A DNA stretch of 64,000 nt from NCBI GenBank assembly GCA_002269645.1, contig NIVC01001331.1:124001-188000 (forward strand), given 5' to 3'. Of the stretch, positions 1 to 13,103 are shown in pieces. Each line of letters opens with the position of its first letter. Positions within the stretch are counted from its first letter, which is position 1. The translations under genes and the position numbers were made by a program. This DNA is from Macrostomum lignano. Its lineage: Eukaryota. The notes below the pieces were generated by a model that saw only the letters and a program-made list of their open reading frames with translations, was not told where the DNA came from and did not search any database.

Positions 1-297
1 CACATCTGTCTCACCAGCTAGCGCCACTCCTGTCACATCTGTCTCACCAGCTAGCGCCACTCCTGTCACACCTATCTCACCAGCTAGCGCCATTGTTGTC
101 ACACCTGTCTCACCAGCTAGCGCCACTTCTGTCACATCTGTCTCACCAGCTAGCGCTACTCCTGTCACATCTGTCTCACCAGCTAGCGCTACTCCTGTCA
201 CACCTGTCTCACCAGCTAGCGCCACTCCTGTCACATCTGTCTCACCAGCTAGCGCCACTCCTGTCACATCTGTCTCACCAGCTAGCGCCACTCCTGT
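1..297. repeat. 33-bp minisatellite (CACATCTGTCTCACCAGCTAGCGCCACTCCTGT), about 9 copies, cut by the window edge
   Basis: Direct tandem copies are visible. ORF 93..338 (LSHLSHQLAPL)n is only their translation. Confidence 0.95.
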
Positions 298-625
298 TGC
301 AATCCTCAGCAAAGCCGGTGGCATCTAGTAATTTTTGAGTTTAAGTTTCCGCCCCACCCAGGAGCTGAACTGAGCTGAGCAAGCAGATGCGCAGACTTGA
401 TCAGCTTATTTAGCCGATCAGTATACATGCTCAATAATATATGGTGCACAGGGAATCGGGTCTGAGGTACTGCGTACTTCATACCATATGCATATGCGAT
501 TACTGTGTACCCTCTTTCTATTGCTAGGGCGTGAACCGACTTCAAGTAGCTTATTTATTTGAGCTGATATAATAGCAATCTTCTTGAAATCGCTGCTATA
601 TTATTTGGAAAAATGATCTTTTACG

Positions 626-796
626 AGGGAGAGCGAGGGAGAGAGGGGGAGAGGGGGAGATATAGGGAGAGAGGATGAGAAAGAGGGGGGAGAGAGAGGG
701 GTGAGAGAGGGAGAGAGGGAGAGAGCGATGGAGAGAGTGAGGAAGAGGTCGAGTGAGAGAGGGGGAGAGGGCGAGGGAGAGGGCGATAGATGGGAG
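626..796. repeat. GA-rich low-complexity tract
   Basis: Near-pure purine GAGAGG/GGGAGA run. Confidence 0.9.
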
Positions 797-1267
797 TAGG
801 CTGCAAACAGAAGAGGACAGGTTAGTGAAAGTGGGGCTGTATATGAGGCTTGATTATTATCATCAGTCATCGAAAAAATACAAATGAGAAAATGAGTGTA
901 TTTTGGATAGCAATGACCGATGTAGATCTGTCACTCCGGACTGGAGCGGATGCTGGATTCCCATCACTCGCTCACATGGGAGCGGACCACCCAGGCGACA
1001 GCTGGGAAAATTAGCTCATATTAAGAGAGCGATGAGGCAAAAAGTTGTTAAAAAGGCCCATTTTTCACCATGCACTCCGCGCGGTTTCTATGCGGCTGGT
1101 TACGCGGTTTTTTCTCTCTATGGGAGGCAACAAAAACAAAAAAAAACGACAAAGAGAAATTGAGAGCCAAATACTTCGATTATTTACTATGCCAGTTGAA
1201 CATATTGGGACCAAATTTGCTCCACGTTTATCCGTTTGATCCGTCCGTCCGTTTGATTATCCGTCCT

Positions 1268-2510
1268 CTGAGATTCGTCTCATCTGAGATTCGTCTCCTC
1301 TGAGATTCGTCTCCTCTGAGATTCGTCTCCTCTGAGATTCGTCTCCTCTGAGATTCGTCTCCTCTGAGATTCGTCTCCTCTGAGATTCGTCTCCTCTGAG
1401 ATTCGTCTCCTCTGAGATTCGTCTCCTTTGAGATTCGTCTCCTCTGAGATTCGTCTCCTCTGAGTCGTCTCATCTGAGATTCGTCTCCTCTGAGATTCGT
1501 CTCCTTTGAGATTCGTCTCCTCTGAGATTCGTCTCCTCTGAGATTCGTCTCCTCTGAGATTCGTCTCCTTTGAGATTCGTCTCCTCTGAGATTCGTCTCC
1601 TCTGAGTCGTCTCATCTGAGATTCGTCTCCTCTGAGATTCGTCTCCTTTGAGATTCGTCTCCTCTGAGATTCGTCTCCTTTGAGATTCGTCTCCTCTGAG
1701 ATTCACCCTCCTGAGATTCGTCTCCTCTGAGATTCGTCTCCTTTGAGATTCGTCTCCTCTGAGATTCACCCTCCTGAGATTCGTCTCCTCTGAGATTCGT
1801 CTCCTTTGAGATTCGTCTCCTCTGAGATTCGTCTCCTCTGAGATTCGTCTCCTCTGAGATTCGTCTCCTCTGAGATTCGTCTCCTTTGAGATTCGTCTTC
1901 TCTGAGATTCGTCTCCTCTGAGATTCACCCTCCTGAGATTCGTCTCTTCTGAGATTCATCGCGTCTGAGATTCGTCTCATCTGAGATTCGTCTCCTCTGA
2001 GATTCGTCTCCTCTGAGATTCGTCTCCTTTGAGATTCGTCTCCTCTGAGATTCGTCTCCTCTGAGATTCGTCTCCTCTGAGATTCGTCTCCTCTGAGATT
2101 CGTCTCCTCTGAGATTCACCCTCCTGTGATTCGTCTCTTCTGAGATTCATCGCGTCTGAGATTCGTCTCATCTGAGATTCGTCTCCTCTGAGATTCGTCT
2201 CCTCTGAGATTCGTCTCCTTTGAGATTTGTCTCCTCTGAGATTCGTCTCCTCTGAGATTCGTCTCCTCTGAGATTCGTCTCCTCTGAGATTCGTCTCCTC
2301 TGAGATTCGTCTCCTGAGATTCGTACCTGAGATTCGCCCTCAAATTCGTTTCATCTGAGATTCCCTCCTGAGATTCCCCTGAGATTATCTCCTGATATTC
2401 CCCTGAGATTCCCTCCTGAGATTCCCCTGAGATTCCTTCCTGAGATTTCCTGCTGAGATTCCCTTCTGAAATTCCCTTCTGAGATTCCCTTGAGATTCAT
2501 CTGTATTCAT
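1268..2510. repeat. 16-bp minisatellite (CTGAGATTCGTCTCCT), about 65-70 copies, decaying at the right end
   Basis: Tandem copies with recurring variant blocks. It explains all the RGDESQ/RRRISEETNL ORFs. Confidence 0.97.
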
Positions 2511-3149
2511 CTCCTGATCTTCGAGCTACAGGCGGCAATGTCATGCAGCAACAGAGCTCAACATGCCAATGGAGTATTGCCGAATACTGAGCCACATGCT
2601 CGATGTGTAGCGGGTCAAGGAGATAGGGACTGATTGAATCGCTGACGGGCTGGCTGGCATGCATAATTTGCCGTTAAGTTTCCCACCCGACCCGCCAGAG
2701 AGAGGAAGCTCGGAATTGAAAGCGAGATCGTATAAACAACAACCATTTCTCCCCCCTGCCCTGCAACCGATGATGAAGGAATGAAGCTGGGCTCACCATA
2801 GGCTTCTGTGGCTGCCGGACTGCCGAGCTGGTTTCTCGGGGATTAACCGCTTCCCGAATGAGCCCTGTCTGGCCCCCAGTTTCCCGGCTCCTTCTCGCCA
2901 TCTATATTAAATCCCGCCCCACCCTCCCTACTCATCCGTTGCGCCTCCAACTTAATCAAAACCTGCCCGCCCTTATGCCTGTTCTTATTAGATTACAAGG
3001 CCTCTTTGGTCGATGCATTGCAGTGAGTCCTGCTCAAGTTCAGCCACTGCTAGCAGCTGAATCTAGCGATGATGCATGGCCTCATTTCACTCGCTTTCGT
3101 TGCCAAACCCGCTTGGTCCCTGCTTGATGCCTGACTCCTGACTCTACGA

Positions 3150-3377
<228 letters not shown>

Positions 3378-3802
3378 ATAAAAATTCTATCCAATCTGAG
3401 CCTCCTTTCCTTAACAGCTATCTGTCCTGTGCTAGTAATAATATAAATCCTGATTCAAGCGTCGCACCTGAGCCCTAGAGACAGGACAGAAAGGAAAAAA
3501 GCACCGAGCCTGAAAAAACCGGACAGGTGTCCCGGCCGACCCTTCACCCCTTCAAGAGCGTTTTCAATGCCTAGTAAAACCCCCTCTGGCCTTTCTCTCA
3601 ATTTCTTCCGCGCTTTTTCACTGAGCGGATTAAGCTGGGAGGGAAAGTGAGTCGGGGTCTGGCTGGGGGGGGGGTTGAGCTGCGGACTCACAGATAGGTG
3701 AGATTCGGACCGGACAGACAAAGCGGAACTCAGGGGCGGCCAGCGGAGACATTCAAGTTCAGTCGCAGCCTAGCAGTTTAGTTCGCTAAGCTATGGATTG
3801 CG

Positions 3803-3807
<5 letters not shown>

Positions 3808-3865
<58 letters not shown>

Positions 3866-3872
3866 GTGTGTG
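3808..3872. repeat. (CT)n followed by (GT)n microsatellite
   Basis: Directly visible. A similar CT-then-GT tract lies at about 7995-8030. Confidence 0.95.
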
Positions 3873-5054
3873 CTTTCCTAGAAATGCACCGACCGCAACC
3901 TGCCAGGCAGGCAAAAGGGGGAAACACAGCGGAAGAGAGCAACGGGGGGGCGACCGTCGGGGTCTCGCATCCACCCTTCCCCGCATTTAATCACATGTCG
4001 AGCGCGGCCCCGGCCGACTCTCCTTGGGCAAACAAGAGCCGCCGAGCGAGCTATGACTGGGCATTAAAAGTGGAAGAGCCTTGAGCAAACACACAATGGG
4101 ACCGGGAGGTCCGGGGGTCCGGGGGGGGTCAGGGCCGGGGGTAGCCAAGGAGACCGAGAACCGAAGCCTCGATTGAAAAATTTTCCAAAATCTGTCATTT
4201 TTAGACAACTCGACAACTCTATAAAGGCTGATTTAAGCTTTGAACTGAGACCATAAGTTTAGTACAGTTGTCGGCCTACAGTTGTATATTGGCCTACAGC
4301 TGTCAGTCGGCCTATAGTTGTATATCGACCTACAGTTGTCACTCCAGACGCAGGTTCTAGGCCTCCTTGGGGGCGCAGCAAAAGCAGAATCGTTCGCTCG
4401 CTGGAAGCAAGTCGGTAAAAACTCCCCAGTCCCACCCTCTCCCTGCCCAGAAGTTGCTGCTCCTAAAAGCTGGGACAGGCGGCCCCGCACGGACTGCTCA
4501 CGAAAAAATCGTGACAAAATCGTTGCGAAAAATTCCGGGAGAGAGAAAGTGTGTGTCATGTGTCGAAATGAATATTTTTCTTTTCATTTGAGTTTCCCCA
4601 ACTTTTGGGACAATTTTTTCTTATTCCATAGAGAAAACTTTTTAAAATTATAATTTCCCTTTTCTCGGGTTTGCAATGGAACTGATAGAGGTGCGAAGGT
4701 GCTATATCAAACAAACTGAAACAATGGAAAGTCTTTATTTATTTGTCTGCCTAAAGTCCACTGAGACAGTTATTGCATAGTGTGAATTGCAAACCAGTTT
4801 TGTTCGAGATTGAATGCCTTGGGTTTGCATCCTCACCTTCATATCACTTCGCATGCAGTTAAGGATTGAAAGATAAATAATTGACGTTCAAAAAATGTGT
4901 CAAAAGGCCAGTTTTGAAGGCTCGCATTTTTTTAACACTCTGTTATGATCGGTCGGTACGAGTACTGAGGCTACAGAATCTTTTAAACAAATAGCGAAAA
5001 TATAAATTTTACCTCATTCCTTCTACGATTGTTTTATTCGTTTAAAGATCGCCG

Positions 5055-6472
5055 CTTTCCCCTTCTGGTCCTTCTCTCTGGGCCGCCGCTATCCCCTTCT
5101 GGTCCTTCTCTCTGGGCCGTCGCTATCCCCTTCTGGTCCTTCTCTGGGTCGCCGCTATCCCCTCCTGGTCTTCTCTGGGTCGCCGCTATCCCCTCCTGGT
5201 CTTCTCTGGGTCGCCACTATCCCCTCCTGGTCTTCTCTGGGCCGCCACTATCCCCTCCTGGTCCTTCTCTGGGCCGCCACTATCCCCTTCTGGTCCTTCT
5301 CTGGGTCGCCGCTATCCCCTCCTGGTCTTCTCTGGGTCGCCGCTATCCCCTCCTGGTCTTCTCTGGGTCGCCACTATCCCCTCCTGGTCTTCTCTGGGCC
5401 GCCACTATCCCCTCCTGGTCCTTCTCTGGGCCGCCACTATCCCCTTCTGGTCCTTCTCTGGGTCGCCACTATCCCCTCCTGGTCCTTCTCTGGGCAGCCG
5501 CTATCCCCTCCTGGTCCTTCTCTGGGCCGCCACTATCCCCTTCTGGTCCTTCTCTGGATCGCCACTATCCCCTTCTGGTCCTTCTCTGGATCGCCACTAT
5601 CCCCTTCTGGTCCTTCTCTGGGTCGCCACTATCCCCTTCTGGTCCTTCTCTGGGCCGCCGCTATCCCCTCTTGGTCCTTCTCTGGGCCGCCGCTATCCCC
5701 TCTTGGTCCTTCTCTCTGGGCCGCCACTATCCCCTCCTGGTCCTTCTCTCTGGGCCGCCACTATCCCCTCCTGGTCCTTCTCTGGGCCGCCGCTATCCCC
5801 TCTTGGTCCTTCTCTCTGGGCCGCCGCAATCCCCTCCTGGTCCTTCTCTCTGGGCCGCCACTATCCCCTCCTGGTCCTTCTCTCTGGGCCGCCACTATCC
5901 CCTCCTGGTCCTTCTCTCTGGGCCGCCACTATCCCCTCCTGGTCCTTCTCTCTGGGCCGCCACTATCCCCTCCTGGTCCTTCTCTGGGCCGCCGCTATCC
6001 CCTCCTGGTCCTTCTCTAGGCCGCCACTATCCCCTCCTGGTCCTTCTCTGGGCCGCCGCTATCCCCTCTTGGTCCTTCTCTCTGGGCCGCCACTATCCCC
6101 TCCTGGTCCTTCTCTCTGGGCCGCCACTATCCCCTCCTGGTCCTACTCTCTGGACCGCCACTATCCCCTCCTGGTCCTTCTCTGGGCCGCCGCTATCCCC
6201 TCTTGGTCCTTCTCTCTGGGCCGCCACAATCCCCTCCTGGTCCTTCTCTCTGGGCCGCCACTATCCCCTCCTGGTCCTTCTCTGGGCCGCCACTATCCCC
6301 TTCTGGTCCTTCTCTGGGCCGCCACTATCCCCTCCTGGTCCTTCTCTGGGCCGCCACTATCCCCTCCTGGTCCTTCTCTGGGCCGCCACTATCCCCTTCT
6401 GGTCCTTCTCTGGGCCGCCACTATCACCTCCTGGTCTTCTCTGGGTTGCCGCTATCCTTTTCTGGTCCTTCC
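5055..6472. repeat. 32-35-bp minisatellite (TCTCTGGGCCGCCACTATCCCCTCCTGGTCCT), about 42 copies
   Basis: Tandem copies whose length varies by a C or TC indel. The 512-aa ORF 5029..6567 is an artefact. Confidence 0.96.
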
Positions 6473-6956
6473 GAGAGCCTCTCAATTGCTTGTATGAATA
6501 TTCTACGATAAACCGCCCTGGAATCAAAAAATTAATTTTTTTGCGAAGTCAAGGTTGGTTACTTTGATTGATTGAAAAATACTTAACAAATGAAATATAC
6601 TACTTACTGGCTGAAAGTAGTCAGATTCAATTTTATATTCTCCCTAAATATCGACAAGCTAACAAAAGTAATATCAAACCGAGGCCACACCAAACCGCGA
6701 AGTCCTCAAACTTCCAATCTAAATGAGGCAAGGCAAGAATCACACTAAGGAACAGGGTCACACAACCTGTAAAGCCTAATGCAGTGACGCTGTCACAGAT
6801 TTTACGGTGAAGAACTGAAATCACCGAAAATTTGACAAGATTCACGTGCACACAGCAATCCTATTGACCCTTCTTTGGCTTCCCTGCCGCAGGAAAGACT
6901 GCAACACGCGATAGCTAGTTGATCGCTCCAGGAAATTTTGGAAATCGTTTTGGAGC

Positions 6957-7262
6957 CACTGACACTCAATTCGGCATTTCTGACTCTCAATTCGGCATGT
7001 CTGACTCTCAATTCGGCATGTCTGACACTCAATTCGGCATTTCTGACTCTCAATTCGGCATGTCTGACTCTCAATTCGGCATGTCTGACTCTCAATTCGG
7101 CATCTCTGACACTCAATTCGGCATATCTGACTCTCAATTCAGCATCTCTGACTCTCAATTCGGCATTTCTGACTCTCAATTTGATACCCTCTGAAACTCA
7201 ATTTGATACCCTCTGAAACTCAATTTGATACCCTCTGACACTCATTTGACACCCTCTGACAT
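6957..7262. repeat. 21-bp minisatellite (CTGACTCTCAATTCGGCATGT) grading into a 22-bp variant (TGAAACTCAATTTGATACCCTC)
   Basis: Direct tandem copies. Confidence 0.93.
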
Positions 7263-7994
7263 TCGTTCCAGGCGCTCATTGCAATAATTTGAAGGAAGGA
7301 ATGAAGTAAGTCACACACCAATAACTCTTTACGGTCACCCAATAGAAAGTTTACAAAAAGGTCAACGAAGATAAGAATCGAAGCCTCTAATACGCTGCAG
7401 AGCAAAAGAGAAGACAACTTACTCCTGAACCAGCGGGTGTCTCAATGGCAGATTCGCGATGCATCTCAGCCAGGCCATTGTTCTCGAATCATTCTTGTTA
7501 AAAAATCTCTTAAACGCTCTTCTACGAAGCAGGATTTTTTTCAACGCTCGAGGTCGAATCCGATCGCCGGACCACCGCGAGCTGCCCGGGGGGACCCTTA
7601 AATACTTCCAACCAAGGGATCTCTTTATGTAGTTAGTAATGGAAAACTGAGCAAATTGCGCTTCTCTCAGCCAGGAGGGGAAGCTCCGTAGGAGGAGAAT
7701 TTGCTTGGGGACGGGGGCCTCGCGGCTGCTCAAAGCACAAATATGTGCTCAGGGAGTTGAGCTCAGGGCCGCTGCAGCTTGGGCTTTGGTGGACCGATTT
7801 GCTCTCTCTCTCTCTTCTCTGTGTGTATCTTTGAGACGGAAGAGGAGAGAGAGAGGAGAGAGACGAGTTTCGTAGGAAGGGAAAACATTGAGCCGAAAGC
7901 CAAGCCAGGGGCCGTTCTGCAGTTGTTTATCGAAGCTCATTGAAGTCAAGTTCCAACAAAATCGAGCTCTTGTGCAGCTTAGCTGAAGAATCTG

Positions 7995-8027
<33 letters not shown>

Positions 8028-8499
8028 CGCGCGCTAAGGACTACTAGGCTAGACCAGGGCTACTTAACTACCAGTGGTCCTTGGTGTGTGCGCTCCCGAC
8101 ACTGTTGAACTGCCAGAACTGGTTCTCAAGCTCAATACGATCATGGTCGGGTCATTTTCCTCGAATGAATTCCCGGATTGGCAGAAGGAAAATATGGCAT
8201 GTGTGTTTGGGGGGACACGAATTTTTTTAGACTTCGCCTCCAACCCCCGCCCGGCCCCTTAGTCCAACAACTGGCTGGCGTGCTCGGCCCTGTGTGCCCA
8301 GGGCAAACATCCCGCCAGTGTGTGGCGGGCGGCCGCGGCTGCCTTTTCTTCTGTTCTGCGACAACTCCGTCCTGTTGGCGCTCTTTGCTGCGTCTGCCGA
8401 CACCCTGCCGACAAGCTGTGCGCTCTCGAAACTCGGACTAGGCGTCAAGGATTTTGCACGGTTTTTATTCAACAACACGAGGCCTCGGTCTCTGACGCT

Positions 8500-8920
8500 G
8501 CGACGCTCCGAAAGTTGCACGTTCCGACACTCCGACACCCCCGACACTCATAAATTCAACGTTTTGACATTCCGACACTCTGACACATCGACACTCCGAT
8601 ACACGTTCAATCCAACGCTTCGACACATCGACACTCCGACCCTCATATGATCCAACGCTTCGAAATTCCGAAACCTCGACACTCTGACACACGTACAATC
8701 CAACGCTTCGACACATCGACACTCCGACCCTCATATTATCAAACGCTTCGAAATTCCGAAACCTCGACACTCCGACACTCTGACACACGTACAATCCAAC
8801 GCTTCGACACATCGACACTCCGACCCTCATATTATCAAACGCTTCGAAATTCCGAAACCTCGACACTCCGACACTCTAACGCAGATACCCTAACAGTAAT
8901 ACCCGACACCCCGACACAAT
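8500..8920. repeat. Composite tandem repeat built from CGACACTC-like subunits with a roughly 100-bp duplicated block
   Basis: The block ATCCAACGCTTCGACACATCGACACTCCGACCCTCATA... recurs three times. Confidence 0.85.
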
Positions 8921-9289
8921 GATATTTTGGTACTTTTACTTTGGCTGTGATCTACGAGCGTATGATTTGGGAGTATGCAAGCGGCCATTTTTGCATGAAA
9001 AAAGTTTCGAAAAACAATAATACGAGTACTATACTTATTGATGAAGCCAGCTCGGTTCATTTCAAATCAGAGTTATCCGTCAGCAAAGTCGCACGCGCAC
9101 GGGCGCAGCCGCACTTTGCAAGAAACCCCCGCTCCCAAACAAAAGAACGTAAAAGAGGAACGCGATGAGCAGAGCATAGAAAGTGCATAGAATAATCATA
9201 CCACTCTCCCTAGGATTTAAAAGACGCAACAAATTGTATATGGCAAAAGTTCTCAGAAAGTCAAGAATTCACTTTGGAGGATAAAAATG

Positions 9290-11215
9290 TTGGAGGTCGT
9301 CGTTCTCTGGCCGTTCGTCTCGGCAGCTGAGCCTTTTGCTGATTGGTTTCGGTCGCTGTCTCACACCCGGGCCGTCGTCACCGTCGAACAGCTTGGGAGG
9401 AAGCTTCACCCGGGCATCGGGCGCCTGGAGCAGAGGATCGCCCAGTCCGTCATCAACTTCGACTGCGGTCGCCTGCAGGTTGTCACCGGGTCGTAAGGAG
9501 ATGCACCGTTCCATGAATTTCAGGACCCGGGGCCGGCCCCACTCGGTAGTTGACCTCGCCAAGCTTCTTCCGGATGATGCTCGGCCCGGACCAGCGGTTA
9601 CTGAGGTTTTTCGATCTGCCAGATTTCACCACCTTGCAGCTCAACATCACCAGCCTGCCCTCCTTGTACGGCCGGAGTCCCCATGTTGTACCGCTCGTTG
9701 CGACCAGCTGTCCAGCATAAGTGCGCGGCGGCTTTTCTGCATGCCGAGCCGCTGGCACAGGGACTGGAGCAGTTGGCTTTCGAATTGACGTCCTTGGTCG
9801 CTGTGGATTGCGTCTGGGACGCCCTGCCGAAGCGCTACCTGCCGGAACACAGCGTCGGCCACCCGCTCAGTCTCGATGCTTGGCAGAGCGCAGGTCTCCA
9901 TCCACTTGGAGCAGCAGTCACAAATGCTCAGCACTTAGCTGTTGCCTCGTGGCGTCCTTGACAGCGAACCCTTGATATCGATCTGGACCATCTCCCATGG
10001 CCTCGACAGCAGTGGCGTCGCTTGCAGTGGTGCCCGCTGCGGCCGACTGTTATGGATCTTCTGCTGAAGACAGGCGGCGCAGTTCTTGACGTTGCTCTGC
10101 ATGCCCGGCTACCAGCAGCGGTCGGCTAGATTGTCCAGTGTTCGGTGGCTGCTGCAGGCGGCGGCGGCTTGCCTTGTCGGACCAGCGCACCGTCTTGCCC
10201 GATCTCGACGTCGCCATTCGCTAAGACGTCTTCGATTCGCTGACGACAGCCCTGGGATAGGTGGACGAAACCTATCATCTAATCATCTCACTAATCATCT
10301 TGAAGACATTCTGCAGAAGGCTGTCACGGAGCTGCTCTGCCAGCAAGTCACAACTGTCCGACTGAGCACGTCGCGGACACCCACGTCCTCTCGCCCTGGC
10401 CAGTATCAGAGAGCGAAGCTGAACGACTGGATGGTTTCGAGCCAACGCGCCAGCCGACTCTCTGACTCCTTGGTCTGCAGCACAGCATGTCAATGAATCG
10501 TCGCACCTCCTCGGCACAACTTGGCGACTGAATCTTGAACCTTGACTGACTGGCCGATTTGAATTGTGGCTCAGGCAGTCCCGATGCAACTCAAGCGGCT
10601 TTCATCGATCGCAGTCGGGCAGCAGCTTTCATCAGACATCGGGCTCGAGCTGGAGGCCTCACGATCAGGGATGTCTGTGCGCCAGAATCGAGCAGGAAAC
10701 TGACCTCCTTGCCTTGCAGAAGCGCGCGCACAAAGATGGAGAGTGCAGATTAGGCACGTAGTTGTCGGGTTGGAGCTGGCCCTTCGCCCGCTAACCCTCG
10801 ATCAGAAGCTCCCGGCGGCTGAGCCTTTGATGGCCGGGCAGACAGCTTCGCTGTGGCCCCAGCCGGAGCAGTTGAAGCAGGGACCTCGGCCCTGAGATCC
10901 GCCGGCAGTACACCGGAGACAATAGGGCCTTCTTGCCACACCAAAAGCAGCTTGATGACCGATCTCTCGGCCTACCGCCACCGCGTTCTCTCGCGCTGCC
11001 GCCCCTCAACCACAGCCGACAGGGTCTCCAGCTGTCTGATTAAAAAAATAGCTGCAGGCTAGCCTTATCAGTCAATCGTCGCCTCGCCAAAGTGGGCGAG
11101 TTGCTTGGTTTGCCGTAGCTTGCGATTTACTCCAGCCTCATGGCCCGCTCAACCAGCTCCTCCAGCGTGCAGGAGTTCAGGTCTCTGTTCTTGAGCAGGG
11201 CGTCGCATCCGCAAT
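9290..11215 (-). mobile_element. Degenerate Ty3/gypsy LTR-retrotransposon internal fragment: gag C-terminus, protease, RNase H end, integrase; RT absent
   Basis: Minus-strand translations show gag TLEELVERAMRLE, zinc-knuckle start CFWCGKK, aspartic protease VSFLLDSGAQTSLI (about 10660-10715), RNase H end RLARWLETIQSFSF*YWPG..DVLSR, integrase Zn finger W*PGMQSNVKNCAAC, core SKWMET..GVPDAIHSDQGRQFESQLLQSLC, and C-terminal RWSGP..KKLGEVNYRV. There are many stops and frameshifts, and no LTRs were found. Confidence 0.9.
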
Positions 11216-11962
11216 CAATATCTACTATACTAAATGATTCAGAACTTCACTTTACGACCTCGCGGGTCGTCATGGCCACTGATAGCAGTACGCATAGCAC
11301 GAATACTCTACATGTACGTGTACATGTACTGTATGTCAGAAATTTTTGAGAAAAGTAAGGAAGAAGGTCGATCTAATTTTGAGCATGTAACACTAACCAA
11401 GCATTTAACTTCTTAGTGGTCCTTCCCTAGACCCCTATTTACAGAAATTATGTATTAGATAGTTTAATTCACAATAAAGAAGTAAGCAAAAAATTTATGA
11501 CTCTACCTCTAGTTTGGTCGTTGGTAACGCGATTTTATTCAACTCTCAACACTGTACAACAGTGCGATCACCAGAGGCGCGCGCAGCTTTAAGGGGCTGC
11601 GACCCTCCAATAGGGCTGGCACCTTTTTGTAAGCTGATATGGCACCGCTACCCCTTGCGCTCCTGGGTGCCGTTTCGAATAGAAATTGAAAGATTCGTCC
11701 ATGAAGCATATCAGCTGATGTCAACACACCGTCATTAGTAGGGTTCTAATATTTTTATTTTTGTGCTCTTAGAACCCGTAACAAAATATTTAAGCAATTT
11801 TTAGCACCGTTTCAGTCCTTTTTTGAAAGGAAAACTTTTAATTAGGAAAGCAGAACAAAAATAATTGTTAGTTCAAGTTAAAAATTCAATATCGAACATC
11901 ACGATTTAGCGTAATTTTTTCGCATTGTGCTTTTTATAGATTTAAAAACATATCCCGTCAAT

Positions 11963-12222
11963 GGCCCTTTTCATATTATCAATTCCAGAACCAGAATCGG
12001 TTCGGAATTCCAAGAAAAACAGCAGTATAACTATTAAACTCTGTTAATATTTGACTGCCTTAACAACCTAACTTAGCAAAATTTTTCACTTTCTTCTTGG
12101 CGATTGTCATTCAATAATAAAAACTTTATAGCACGTATCTCCCTCTAGTTATGGAGACAAAAAGTTATACTTCACTAATTGGTTCTGGTTCTGGAACCAG
12201 AGCAAGCAGTATGAAAAGGCCC
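11963..12222. mobile_element. 260-bp PIF/Harbinger-like MITE
   Basis: Imperfect TIRs GGCCCTTTTCATA..TTCCAGAACCAGAA and TTCTGGTTCTGGAA..TATGAAAAGGCCC, flanked by a 3-bp AAT duplication (11960-62 and 12223-25). Non-coding. Confidence 0.7.
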
Positions 12223-13103
12223 AATGAAACATTATCCACTCACACACGACCACATTGACAATATGACATCGACATGGCTATCATAGCTGTAATGACTAAC
12301 ATAGTCCGCCCCGGTCTCCATCTAGAGTTTTTATTCATGGACGGGACACCAACGACATGTATTGTGTATAATATTAACTATCAGTCCCAGTGTAGGTCAA
12401 GCAATTAGCCTAGCTTAAATAAATGTATGGATGAAAATAAAACTATGGGATAAGCAAAACAAACAATGACCAGTATATCTGATCCATGTGGTAAATAGGA
12501 ATTAGGTCTATTTTGAAAGCCATAGATATTAATAATAGGGCCACGGCCACTAGGGCCTAGGCCTAATTCAATATAGACAATAATATTGATTTGATAATCA
12601 TTAGACATTAGGCCTGTTGCTATGGCCTGCTGAAAAAAGACATAAGTTACTTTATTGTAAATTATTATATGCCAAAAATGTAAAATTTCTAATTAAACAT
12701 AATTTCACTAGTGGATAATAAATAATGTCACCAATCAATTTTGAATATTTTATTAGTTTGTCTATGTTTATAATGATATATCAGGGGTGTAGCCAGGAAT
12801 TTCCTATGGGGGGATACACCAAGGTGAATTTTCTACAAGGGGATACACCAAGGTAAAAGTGCTATGACAAAAGTATATGGTAGTATGTATAGCAACAAAG
12901 GGCAACAAAAAAGTTTTGGTCAAGCTCTTCAACTTTGGCGGGGAAATCCCCTCTATCCCCCCTTCCCTCATGCCTGGATAGTATTTTACTTATAAAAAAG
13001 AATATATCTCATTTTAAGTTTTAACCAATTAATTTTATATCCTAATTCCTAAGTGTAGAAACATTTCTATTAGTTATATTTAAGTTTTTTATTATTTATA
13101 ATA

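Noticed and set aside
2520-2900. CR1/L2 endonuclease fragment on the minus strand
   Set aside because: Only vague similarity (GRGG..VVVY, MWLSI) across frameshifts, with no diagnostic catalytic motif.
5029-6567. 512-aa ORF
   Set aside because: It is a translation of the 32-35-bp satellite that drifts between frames, with no unique coding flanks.
10580-10643. Hammerhead-ribozyme-like motif on the minus strand (CCCGATG-T-CTGATGA...GAAA...CATCGGG)
   Set aside because: Stem I can pair, but stems II and III cannot form and there is no valid NUH cleavage triplet geometry.
12781-12985. hAT-like MITE starting CAGGGGTGTAGCCAGG
   Set aside because: The right TIR is too degraded and no TSD can be identified.
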